From a virus (lineage: Duplodnaviria > Caudoviricetes), in the IMG/VR virus record IMGVR_UViG_3300037424_000640, positions 1 through 48,782 of that record: a DNA stretch of 48,782 nucleotides. One strand, given 5' to 3'. Positions 27,935-37,115 of the stretch are shown in pieces. The notes under the pieces were generated by a model. It had not been told where the DNA came from. It saw nothing but the letters and a program-made list of their open reading frames with translations, and searched no databases. The translations under genes and the position numbers were made by a program. Numbering within the stretch: the stretch's first letter is position 1; each line of letters starts with the position of its first letter.

Positions 27935-30900
27935 CTATACTCCAGCATACCACGTACAAAGATAAAAACATTCATTAGTCAGGTCAACGGCAACATCTTG
28001 TATTACCGTAATCTCATGCCCAACCAATGCCTCTAATGTAGCGCCGGTACAAATACAAGTTTTTACTCCCGCCGAAGTTATTTTAAATATATCGGCAGTA
28101 TCAGATATAACATAGGTGTTATTGCTTGAATCATTGAATGAATATACCGGTTTGTCTAACGCCGTACCACTTGCACCAACGCTGTCAATAAGTTGTTTGG
28201 GATTTTCCCATAACGCTTCTGGTTCTTCATAATCCGTCTGGTAAATATAGGTTGTCGTTGCGCTACTGGTTACTAAAAATGGAACCAAAACAACTTCGGT
28301 TAAATTAGAATCCGATGCCAGACAGAAGTTTATCTCATAATATCTCGCTCCAGCAGTTGACGTGTAAACGTACTCCGTCCAAGCATCGGCATCCAGAGCA
28401 TAAACAAAATGCCTTTGGCTCAATATGGTCGCTCCCTGTTCGGCACCGCCGGTCAGTAGTGAGCCACTCAATGTCAAGGTTGTCGCCGATTTAGCCAAAG
28501 CAATCGCATTTCCGGTAGAACCGTGGGTGCGAGCCGACAATGAAAGTACGGTGGCTGTGCAAGCCGTTGCCATAACCGTCGGGTGGGCTACCGCACACAT
28601 ATAATCAACTCCATAAGTTCCGGTGTGATTTATTGCCGCCATCAAATTGGCAAGTGAACCTGCCGCAGCAGTTCCCATACGGACGCTACCTTCAACACCA
28701 ATCGGATCGGCATAGGCCACAAAAGTATATACCTTCGTGTCAACCGTTACGGTGTCGCCGGCGGTTACATTTGTTCCGCTTGACGTGATACTTCCGGTTG
28801 CCCTACTGTTCACACTGCGATAAATAAAATTGATATGATATTGCCGTTTGGCAGAGTGATAAACGCTATCAATGTAATATTCGGCACCATGCGCCATGAA
28901 ATCGTTGATAACCGTATTTATCCTGTCCTTGCTGATATTTCTCGGTTCACCACCATCATAAAGCATTACGCCTTCGGCAGATAACCAAATGGCGCTATTT
29001 AATCCAACGGCCTGTATGCTTCCAGATGCAACGCAACCGATTGTTGGCGACACAATATCCTTTCCAAATGAGTACATACTTACACTGAATGTTATACGCC
29101 GCTTGAATACCAACAGATTGTCTTTCAAAATCGCCATACCCATACATACGTCGCCATCATCGGGGTCAAACGTCTGATGGTTTAGTGCCGGGAAATACTC
29201 TGGCAATCCAACCTCACTCCACATCAGCATACTATCGCCACCAACCTCACCGGGGAATCTCAATAACCACAAACGGCTACCACCAACGGCGACAAACATG
29301 GCTCTCTTTGCCATATCGTGATTGTACTCCAATACGGTTCCATCACCGATAATGTCATCGGCACTGGTTAATGTAACCGTTTGGGTTTCATTTGTTACTT
29401 CTTGATCTAAATAGGCATCGGCACCCAATTCATTATATAGTGTTCTGTAAATGCGAATATGGGTAATATCGGTATCGGGATTGGCAATAACGGCAACCGT
29501 AATGGCCGTTGCTGACATTGCCTTGACTGACATGGAGTCAATCGAACCCACCCACGTTCCAAGTGTGGGTGTGATACTTAAAACCGTAGCGTCAACGGCG
29601 GTTATGTAATAAGTGTTGGTTCCAGTAGCGGTAACTGCGACCTGTGACTCTCCACCCATTGAAACGACAAATCCCGAACCGGCAGTAGCGGTAGTATTAA
29701 CAACCACCACCTTATAGGTTGTTCCGACGGCGGGAGTAAAATCGAGTGCGGCGGTAATGGTAGCTGTCAATGGCGTGGCATCCCCGGTGGTATGACTCCA
29801 TTTTGTTGCGCCATAAGTCCACGTTCCCACCACATTCCATGACGCAAACTGGTCAACCAATTCTGCGCCCAAGGCCGAGTCGATTGTCATATCGGTATTG
29901 GAAACTGGCGACGGGTTGCTATTTACAACATAATCGCCATCTTTTTTGACATACGAATAATAAATATTGTAACTGCCGATGACAATATCGCCGCCGGTAG
30001 TGCTTGCGGTAACTGGCGGGTCAACTGGAGATGGTACGCCGAGCGTGTGCGCTTTAGTTGTATCCCTAAAATAATAGTTGATATTCGTGCCATCAGTACG
30101 AAACGCCCTATCTTGCATTACCGCATACATCGGCACAACCGTTGTACCGGTAGCCAAATTCGTTATCACGTTGGCCCAGGACGTTTCATAATCGGTAGTG
30201 CCGGTTACTGTACCCCCGATTATTTTCATTCGGGTTGACGCAACCGATTCGTAGGTGGTTAGCACAACCGATGCGCTATCAACCGAACCGTCCCAATAAT
30301 TAGTTGGTACATAAGTCAGCGCAGCCGTGGTGGTAGCCGTTACATCGTATGTAAATTCACCAGATTCCTGTATAACGCCAGCCAGTGTTGCCCCCAAATA
30401 TACGGCAATCGACTGGCTCGACGATGCTACCGCTTCTGGATGCCACCGAATCAGATTGAAATATGTCAGGTCGGTTTCGTACTTACCGCCAACATCCCAA
30501 CTATTCGGTGCAAGTTCGTAATTTGACGGTATGTTGGCTCCGGCAGGGTCAATAAATTTTACAACCGAAACCCAATCGTCCAACTTATTCGGAATATGCG
30601 GCCATGCCTTTGTTATACTCCCAACCCAATCATTTGTGGGAACAAACCGCAATGCCGTAGCATCAGTAACAAACGGTACAACGTAATCGTATAAACCAGT
30701 AGCAGTAATCGTACCAGCAAGCACACCACCAATATAAACACTCAAACTCGTACCGCTGGTATGTGTCACATGAACAATAACCCTGTACGTTTCGCCGGCT
30801 ATAACAGTAAAATCTCTGGTGGCCGAAAGAGCCGTAGTTCCAGATGTGTGCGTCCACGTACTCACCCAAATTTTAGATTGTGTGTTGTTGGCTGTTCGGC

Positions 30901-31399
30901 AAGTCAATCCGCTGTCAACTCGCGTATAAGCCCAACCGGTTCCAGATGATGACGGTGCAGCCATTGTGACGTTGGTTACAACGCGGTATTTTGTTCCGGC
31001 GACTATTGCGGTTTCACCGGTTGCAACCAAGGAGGTTGTGCCGGTGGTGTGCGTCCACTTGGTTGATCCGTATGACCAAGCCGCTCCGGGGTCAGTCCAA
31101 CCCGCAAAATTGGCAATAAGTTCTGTACTGAAATCCTCAATGTTAACATCTTCGTTGTCCAGATCAGCAAAAATATACTTTTCACCATCGGCCTTACGAA
31201 GTTCAAATACACTTTTAAAACCACGCCCAGCCAAACTTGCCGGTGATTCGGTTAGTGTACGCTGAAATCTCCTACGTTCAAGCGAGCCGTCCGGCAAAAC
31301 AAATACGTTATCTGCTTTCGACATACCGCCCGGTACGGTTACACCGTCAAGATATAACCCTTTCCACGGTGGTACTGGTATGGTTTTAGTTTCGATCAT
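27935..31399 (-). CDS. Tail nozzle / stabilisation protein, N-terminal part with inserted domains
   Basis: ADNVFV..DGSLERR N-terminus; WSEVGLPEYFP, LLVFKR and IGCVASGSI propeller motifs. Confidence 0.7.
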   Translation of the reverse strand: MIETKTIPVPPWKGLYLDGVTVPGGMSKADNVFVLPDGSLERRRFQRTLTESPASLAGRGFKSVFELRKADGEKYIFADLDNEDVNIEDFSTELIANFAGWTDPGAAWSYGSTKWTHTTGTTSLVATGETAIVAGTKYRVVTNVTMAAPSSSGTGWAYTRVDSGLTCRTANNTQSKIWVSTWTHTSGTTALSATRDFTVIAGETYRVIVHVTHTSGTSLSVYIGGVLAGTITATGLYDYVVPFVTDATALRFVPTNDWVGSITKAWPHIPNKLDDWVSVVKFIDPAGANIPSNYELAPNSWDVGGKYETDLTYFNLIRWHPEAVASSSQSIAVYLGATLAGVIQESGEFTYDVTATTTAALTYVPTNYWDGSVDSASVVLTTYESVASTRMKIIGGTVTGTTDYETSWANVITNLATGTTVVPMYAVMQDRAFRTDGTNINYYFRDTTKAHTLGVPSPVDPPVTASTTGGDIVIGSYNIYYSYVKKDGDYVVNSNPSPVSNTDMTIDSALGAELVDQFASWNVVGTWTYGATKWSHTTGDATPLTATITAALDFTPAVGTTYKVVVVNTTATAGSGFVVSMGGESQVAVTATGTNTYYITAVDATVLSITPTLGTWVGSIDSMSVKAMSATAITVAVIANPDTDITHIRIYRTLYNELGADAYLDQEVTNETQTVTLTSADDIIGDGTVLEYNHDMAKRAMFVAVGGSRLWLLRFPGEVGGDSMLMWSEVGLPEYFPALNHQTFDPDDGDVCMGMAILKDNLLVFKRRITFSVSMYSFGKDIVSPTIGCVASGSIQAVGLNSAIWLSAEGVMLYDGGEPRNISKDRINTVINDFMAHGAEYYIDSVYHSAKRQYHINFIYRSVNSRATGSITSSGTNVTAGDTVTVDTKVYTFVAYADPIGVEGSVRMGTAAAGSLANLMAAINHTGTYGVDYMCAVAHPTVMATACTATVLSLSARTHGSTGNAIALAKSATTLTLSGSLLTGGAEQGATILSQRHFVYALDADAWTEYVYTSTAGARYYEINFCLASDSNLTEVVLVPFLVTSSATTTYIYQTDYEEPEALWENPKQLIDSVGASGTALDKPVYSFNDSSNNTYVISDTADIFKITSAGVKTCICTGATLEALVGHEITVIQDVAVDLTNECFYLCTWYAGV

Positions 31400-32022
31400 A
31401 AATCAGAATCCTGATAAATAGAACGGTGTACCCTACGACTCGCTTGTGTTTGTCGTGTTCCGGCGTTACCCAACATTACCTGCAATCTGTCTGGATATAA
31501 TGTTGCAATATCCACCTTATCTTCACCAATCATTTTAGATTTTATCGCTGCAAGAGTAGCAATTAAATCCTCAAATCCCGGCACAAATTCTGGTGCAGAA
31601 GAACCGGTTGACATATCGGCGGGGAAATAACTATGCCATAATGTATAGGTATAAATTGCATCGGCAATGGTATCGAAAATAACTTTCCTACCAGTTACGT
31701 CATAGCCGGTTGGTTCTCCGGTTGTGAGCGTGGTATCGAATGTGAGCATACTTACCCACGGTAATTCGGCACCATCAGCATCAACGATACTTTTTACACC
31801 AAGGCAAGTTGCTGGCAATGCGGCAAATCTACTGCCAGAAACCGTTGGTAAACTGGAAGAAGTGTAAAAATAATCGCAATTACGTTGGAGTATCTTGCCA
31901 AGTAATTCCCGATAGGCATTGTTTATGAGAGATGCGGCTTTGGCGGCGGTTAGAATTGCGGTGTGGGGCTGATCTGTCAGTAATCTCAATTCGTCAACCA
32001 AGGTATCTCTTGTCCAGGCCAT
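31396..32022 (-). CDS. Head-tail adaptor (tail tubular protein A-like)
   Basis: LINNAYREL...ALPATCL...GEPTGY pattern and position. Confidence 0.7.
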   Translation of the reverse strand: MAWTRDTLVDELRLLTDQPHTAILTAAKAASLINNAYRELLGKILQRNCDYFYTSSSLPTVSGSRFAALPATCLGVKSIVDADGAELPWVSMLTFDTTLTTGEPTGYDVTGRKVIFDTIADAIYTYTLWHSYFPADMSTGSSAPEFVPGFEDLIATLAAIKSKMIGEDKVDIATLYPDRLQVMLGNAGTRQTQASRRVHRSIYQDSDL

Positions 32023-32024
32023 AT

Positions 32025-32396
32025 CTACCCCCTATTTGTCATAGAAACATTACTGCCAGATTTAATTTTAAGTAAGGTTTTCGCATCGTTCACACTTTCT
32101 TTTGTTACGTCAACCATTTCCCTTTCATCCAAATCAACCAGTTGCTGTTCGCCGTTACTCATTTTTTCAAATTCTTCTTGCATGAACAATTCGTTACGTA
32201 ATGACAATCCGGCAGCAACCAATTCTTTTTTGTAGGCATCCCACGGAAACTTGACGCTGTAACGTTCTCGACCATTCCAGACAACGCCATAGTACCAATC
32301 ACGCCTGTCCCAAGATTCCAATACTTCATAAACCCTTACAGACATACCCATTAGGCGACTGGCTTCTTTTTCTAAATTTTCACGCCGGTGTTTCAT
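32025..32396 (-). CDS. Hypothetical protein
   Basis: ORF within the virion operon. Confidence 0.6.
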   Translation of the reverse strand: MKHRRENLEKEASRLMGMSVRVYEVLESWDRRDWYYGVVWNGRERYSVKFPWDAYKKELVAAGLSLRNELFMQEEFEKMSNGEQQLVDLDEREMVDVTKESVNDAKTLLKIKSGSNVSMTNRG

Positions 32397-32844
32397 TTTT
32401 TTGATATGTTGCCCAAGCCCTTGACCAAATAAGTCCGGTTGGTTTTATACCCTGACTTTTCTCATACCACGGGATATAAAATGCCCTGAATGCTTCTTTG
32501 TCCATACCCTTGGGGAAATCTTTGGGAGCAATGTTTTCGGTTTCTTTTGTGAGTTCTTCAATCTGTTCTACTGGTTTCACTTCTTTTGCCGCAATCTGCG
32601 CCTTCAACTTTTCAATTTCCTCGGCCTGTGCCTCAATCTGTCGCTGTTCACTTGATTGGAATTTGATTCCGTAAACTTTCAGATATGCCCGTAAAGCACA
32701 ATCTTTTTCAAAATTAAACGTGGGTTTTTTCAAATATTCCATCGTAGCGTCGTAGGCTTGTTCGGCAGTTTTGTTCTTGTAAAAATTTTCATAGAACATA
32801 TCGTTACGATACCCGCCATAAATACCCTGTTTTTTTTCAGCCAT
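32380..32844 (-). CDS. Hypothetical protein
   Basis: AAGGAG RBS. Confidence 0.65.
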   Translation of the reverse strand: MAEKKQGIYGGYRNDMFYENFYKNKTAEQAYDATMEYLKKPTFNFEKDCALRAYLKVYGIKFQSSEQRQIEAQAEEIEKLKAQIAAKEVKPVEQIEELTKETENIAPKDFPKGMDKEAFRAFYIPWYEKSQGIKPTGLIWSRAWATYQKNETPA

Positions 32845-32856
32845 TCAAATTTCTCC

Positions 32857-32962
32857 TTGCGGTTTGGGATACGTTCCCCAATTGTCGCATTGGGCGAAGG
32901 GGAGCCGAAGCTCCCCCGCCCGGATTTGTTCACTTTTGTGAACTGCGGTTGATGTCCGCATA
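32857..32962 (-). promoter_or_regulatory. Cluster of four intergenic RNA hairpins
   Basis: Minus strand: TGCGG/CCGCA, GTTCAC/GTGAAC, GGGGAGC-TTCG-GCTCCCC, and a stem ending at the RBS. Confidence 0.55.
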
Positions 32963-32968
32963 TTTCCG

Positions 32969-33406
32969 CTATTCTGCCGAAGCAGATACGGGTTCAATTT
33001 TCTGTTCATCGTTTGCTTTGTTTAGCATTTCAAGGAAATTAAGAATCAAATTGCCATCGGTTCCAACAATTTTTTCCTTGCCATTTTCAATGTCCTTCTC
33101 TACTTCGGTAGCGTCAATATTCTCATACGGAATATCAACGGTTTCCCCAAACACCGAATCATAGTCTTTCATAAATTCAACAAAACCTTCGTCCTTCGGT
33201 TCGGGGGGAGAGAATTTTCCATCCTTAATAAACTCTGGATGTCGCTGAAACAACTTAACCCTTTCCGGGTCAAATGTTTTCAGTTCATTTTCAATACTCT
33301 TAGAAAACCGTCGCAACCTAATAAAAATTTTAGGAATGAGAGGTAACTCCCACACCTTGCCCAGCATATCCTGGACTGCGAACAAATCCTTGTACGTAAG
33401 TTTCAT
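32969..33406 (-). CDS. DUF1617-like / tail-associated chaperone-like protein
   Basis: Helical; LRRFSKSIENELKTF...RVKL; lies downstream of a spike gene. Confidence 0.55.
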   Translation of the reverse strand: MKLTYKDLFAVQDMLGKVWELPLIPKIFIRLRRFSKSIENELKTFDPERVKLFQRHPEFIKDGKFSPPEPKDEGFVEFMKDYDSVFGETVDIPYENIDATEVEKDIENGKEKIVGTDGNLILNFLEMLNKANDEQKIEPVSASAE

Positions 33407-33428
33407 TTAAGAAACCTCCTTTATTTAA

Positions 33429-33457
33429 GGCTGGCGGGGCCGAAGCCCCGCCGCCCG
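33429..33457 (-). terminator. Strong UUCG hairpin (terminator-like or stabiliser; no U tract)
   Basis: GGCGGGGC-TTCG-GCCCCGCC. Confidence 0.55.
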
Positions 33458-33463
33458 AATATC

Positions 33464-34711
33464 TTATGCAATATAAGTATTAACGTAGTGGGTAACGCCA
33501 GCGGACACGTCTCTGAATAACGGAATATGCCCATCACCAGTAGCGCTTGACAACACCCCATCAATCCAACCAATGTCAACCGCAGCATTCACGTGGAACA
33601 TGGCAGTAAGCGCATTATCCGAAATGTTCGTGGAGAACAAATACAGAGCGCCGGGATTGCCACCACTTTCCGCAATATAATGAAACCGACCGCCAATTAT
33701 TGCGGTAGCAGATGCCATCGGTGTTCCGGTGGCAGAAACATAAATGCCATCATTGCGGGTACAAACCATATTTGAACCACAAACCGTACTGGCGGCAACA
33801 GTTATCCAATTAGACGAACTGGCAATTGGCCCAGCCAGGGTTCCAGTAATGGTTAGGTCTGTTTCAACCGCACCATAACCATCCGGCATATTACCGTCGG
33901 CACATGAACCATAAAGCTTTGCGATACGACCATTTGCACCCATAACCGAACTATTAACGTCAATCGGCAACGTGCAACTTCCGCTTGGAATATAAAGACC
34001 AATGGGCCAAAGATAACTGGCACTCGCAACAGCGGTTCCGAAAGCGGCGAGAGTTCCAGACGCAACCGTAGCCGAGGCGTTGTTCCACGCTAAGAAGCCA
34101 TACAGCGGAGTGGTACAAGTAATATTGGCGTGTCCACCAATACGAGCCATAACCGCCGAATGACCTCCGGTAGTATAAGACGAATTAAGGACAACCGCAG
34201 CACCGGTACCCTCAAAGGTTCCAATCAGACCGGAATGCAGGTGCGTCATAGTAACGCCCTTGCCGCACATCTGACCAATCAGGCCATAAGTTTCTTGTGC
34301 CACGGTAAGAGAACTGCCAGTAGCGAGGTGGCGAAAACGACCACATTTTGCAGAATATGCCGAGGTTAGATTTGATGTAGATGCCCCGAAAACAGAAAAT
34401 AAATCCAATTGTCCGTCAGACCAAAAATTTTGAGTGGCGGCAAATACAACAGCAGTTCCGGCGGCACCGGCAGCAGCCCATCCACCAACACGAAAAGTAT
34501 TATACGCATCGGTTACAAGTGCCTTGCTTGCGGTTGCTGTTCCGGCAGTTACGCCGTCAATATAAGTCAGTTCCGTAGCAGCAAGAGCCGAACCATTCAA
34601 ATATAGACCACCGCCATCAGCGGTGATAACATCGAGCCGATTGATAACCTCGGCATACCTTTTTCCATCAGTACCAATTTTGGGTCTGAATGTGTTATAA
34701 ATCAAAGCCAT
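33464..34711 (-). CDS. Head fibre / spike protein
   Basis: ELTYIDGVTAGTATASKALV fibre motif; A/G/S/T-rich; follows the capsid gene. Confidence 0.65.
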   Translation of the reverse strand: MALIYNTFRPKIGTDGKRYAEVINRLDVITADGGGLYLNGSALAATELTYIDGVTAGTATASKALVTDAYNTFRVGGWAAAGAAGTAVVFAATQNFWSDGQLDLFSVFGASTSNLTSAYSAKCGRFRHLATGSSLTVAQETYGLIGQMCGKGVTMTHLHSGLIGTFEGTGAAVVLNSSYTTGGHSAVMARIGGHANITCTTPLYGFLAWNNASATVASGTLAAFGTAVASASYLWPIGLYIPSGSCTLPIDVNSSVMGANGRIAKLYGSCADGNMPDGYGAVETDLTITGTLAGPIASSSNWITVAASTVCGSNMVCTRNDGIYVSATGTPMASATAIIGGRFHYIAESGGNPGALYLFSTNISDNALTAMFHVNAAVDIGWIDGVLSSATGDGHIPLFRDVSAGVTHYVNTYIA

Positions 34712-34773
34712 TTTTCATCTCCTTTTTAAATGATGGGGAGATTTTCACTCCCCACCAAGTTAGTTTCAACCAC

Positions 34774-36009
34774 TTAATCCAAAACGTCAAACATGGCAAG
34801 GTTGGATTCCGGGAAATCGGTACCCCAGTTTCTCCAGCCACGATAGACTTCACTGAACGCCTGTTTGTTGGCGACTTGCTGAACCTGACCAGCCATAGTC
34901 TGCCAACCCTCCGTACCACCGGTATATTTGAAAATATGTTTCAAATTGGGGAACAGGATAGCATGGGGAACGCCGAATCTGGACTTTACAATTCGGATGG
35001 TCTGTGAACCATACTGGAACTGCAAACCTTCGGGCAATCCGTCTTTAGCTGGCATATTGATCGTGGGTTGCTGTTCGTTCTTGAATGTCTTGTAAATGTT
35101 GTTAAACACGCCATTGGACACATATGCCAAATTGGGCATATATTCCGGCCCCACCGTAGTGTCAGCAAGGTCTAACAACGCAATCATGCGATCAATCGTG
35201 AATGCTTCGGGAGTACCCGGAACAGTACCGTGGGTGTGTGTGCATTGCATATAGGGATAGGCAGATCGCTGAACGCCCATAAAATAACCATAGGCCGGGT
35301 CAGTACCGGAACAGATGGTTTCGATGCCGTTGGTGAATTTGGTAGCGGAAATGGTTTCTGCGGCACCCTGGAACGAAAGGGTATAATAGAATTTGGTGGA
35401 TGAGGTTACGCTGGCAATATGTCCATCGGGGTCGGTAACGGTGATGGTTTTATTCGCAACGTCAACAGCGGTAATGACGGCAGCTAACAGAATTTCCGAA
35501 TTGGTATTATAACCGTCAATAACCATACCTTTGCGGAACCAACGAATGTCGTCAACCGGAATTACGTGACCAGTAGGGGCACCTGTCGCCTGACCAAGAA
35601 CACCACTGCCGGGAGTGTGAATCGAAAACTCTTTGAGTAAATTGTATGAAGCCAATGTACCATTGCGAAGATTCAGCAAATCCTTGATAATCGCTTCATC
35701 CCCACGGTTTAGGTTTACGGTTTCTTCTGAATACTGCATTTTGGTAATCAGTTTTTTAATGTAAACCTTACCCTTGTCAAACGTGGGCGAAACCGGGGTG
35801 GGATCGTCTGCGTTTTCCTCACTAAAGTTGGCACTTTCGGGCAGCGCGGTCTGGAAAGACTGCCAGACTAACGGTTCTCCACCGTGCGCCTGTGCGCCCA
35901 CCTGAAAATTTTTATCCAACCAATAACTTTTGTTTCCAAGAAACTCCAAGTTCTTCCTCTGGGCCTCCCTTGTAGTATTTAAATAATCTGCTAATACAGA
36001 AGTAGCCAT
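34774..36009 (-). CDS. Major capsid protein
   Basis: 411 aa after the scaffold; HK97-like layout with an inserted domain (FRKGMVID). Confidence 0.8.
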   Translation of the reverse strand: MATSVLADYLNTTREAQRKNLEFLGNKSYWLDKNFQVGAQAHGGEPLVWQSFQTALPESANFSEENADDPTPVSPTFDKGKVYIKKLITKMQYSEETVNLNRGDEAIIKDLLNLRNGTLASYNLLKEFSIHTPGSGVLGQATGAPTGHVIPVDDIRWFRKGMVIDGYNTNSEILLAAVITAVDVANKTITVTDPDGHIASVTSSTKFYYTLSFQGAAETISATKFTNGIETICSGTDPAYGYFMGVQRSAYPYMQCTHTHGTVPGTPEAFTIDRMIALLDLADTTVGPEYMPNLAYVSNGVFNNIYKTFKNEQQPTINMPAKDGLPEGLQFQYGSQTIRIVKSRFGVPHAILFPNLKHIFKYTGGTEGWQTMAGQVQQVANKQAFSEVYRGWRNWGTDFPESNLAMFDVLD

Positions 36010-36023
36010 TTGTTTCTCCTTTT

Positions 36024-37103
36024 TTAAGTTTTAGTTTTTCTCAACAATGCCAAGGCATCCTCATTGGTTTTCTTTTCCCAATCAAAATCGGGATTGTCAA
36101 TCATTTCTTTGGTTGGTTTACCATCGGATTCCGGTTTTTCCTTTGCCGCAGCCGGTGACGATTTCATCACGTTTGGCCCGGCGCTTTGTTTTTTTAGGTG
36201 TTCGGCAACAATCTCTTTTTCCAATGCTTCCTTAAATTTAGGATTGGCATTGATAAATTTTCGGAGATTTGCCTCATTTCCGATAAGATCAGCAATTACC
36301 TTTGCGCCCTCCGAAACCTGTATGGGTGATTGTCCCTGTTGCGACAAACCAACATTCTTGGCCCAGGTATATGCAAAAGTTAAATCTTGCAATACCGGTT
36401 CCAAATCGGTATCATTCGGGATATTGTGGGTGGTCATAGCGGAATGCCATTCACGATCATTGTATTCTAACATTCTGCGTTTTTCTTCCGCATCCAGGCG
36501 TTCTTTGATTTTACGCAATTCGTCTGCCTGTGAATCTTTCTCCCTCATGATTTGCCGTTTTTCCTGTCGATCTCTCGCATGGTCGGGGTCTAACAGTTCT
36601 TCTTCGGCGCGTAGTTTTTTTTCTTCTTCTGCGATTTCCTTGTCACGTAAGGCTTTTTCCCTCTTTGTGATGTCGTCGAGAAGTTGTCTGCGCTCATCGG
36701 ATAACCTTTGTGATTTTTGTGTTAGTCCACGTTGCATTTCCCTGTAGTAAATTTGGGTTTCTGGTGTCATTCTTGACGTATCAGCTTTCGCAGTTTCGTC
36801 TGCCAGTAACCGACTTACTTCTTCGGGGGTGTACATGGGCTTTTTGTTTTCCGACGTAACCGTTTCCGACTTTTTCACTTCCGAGGTTTTTTCTGGTTCT
36901 TTGCCCTCCGTAGTTTCCGGTTCCGGTTTAACTTCGGTTGGGGTGGTTTCCTTTACTTCCTCGGTTTTAATTTCCTCTTTTGGGGTTTCAACTTTGGATT
37001 GATCTGTGGTTTCGGGATGCAATGATTTCAGGGCTTCTTGCACCATACGTTCTCCGACATCACCACTGACTTCCAAGTTTCCGTCCATTACCTCGTTTGC
37101 CAT
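36024..37103 (-). CDS. Scaffolding protein
   Basis: Acidic N-terminus, TQKSQRLS coiled coil; lies between portal and capsid. Confidence 0.75.
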   Translation of the reverse strand: MANEVMDGNLEVSGDVGERMVQEALKSLHPETTDQSKVETPKEEIKTEEVKETTPTEVKPEPETTEGKEPEKTSEVKKSETVTSENKKPMYTPEEVSRLLADETAKADTSRMTPETQIYYREMQRGLTQKSQRLSDERRQLLDDITKREKALRDKEIAEEEKKLRAEEELLDPDHARDRQEKRQIMREKDSQADELRKIKERLDAEEKRRMLEYNDREWHSAMTTHNIPNDTDLEPVLQDLTFAYTWAKNVGLSQQGQSPIQVSEGAKVIADLIGNEANLRKFINANPKFKEALEKEIVAEHLKKQSAGPNVMKSSPAAAKEKPESDGKPTKEMIDNPDFDWEKKTNEDALALLRKTKT

Positions 37104-37115
37104 TAAAGTTTCTCC

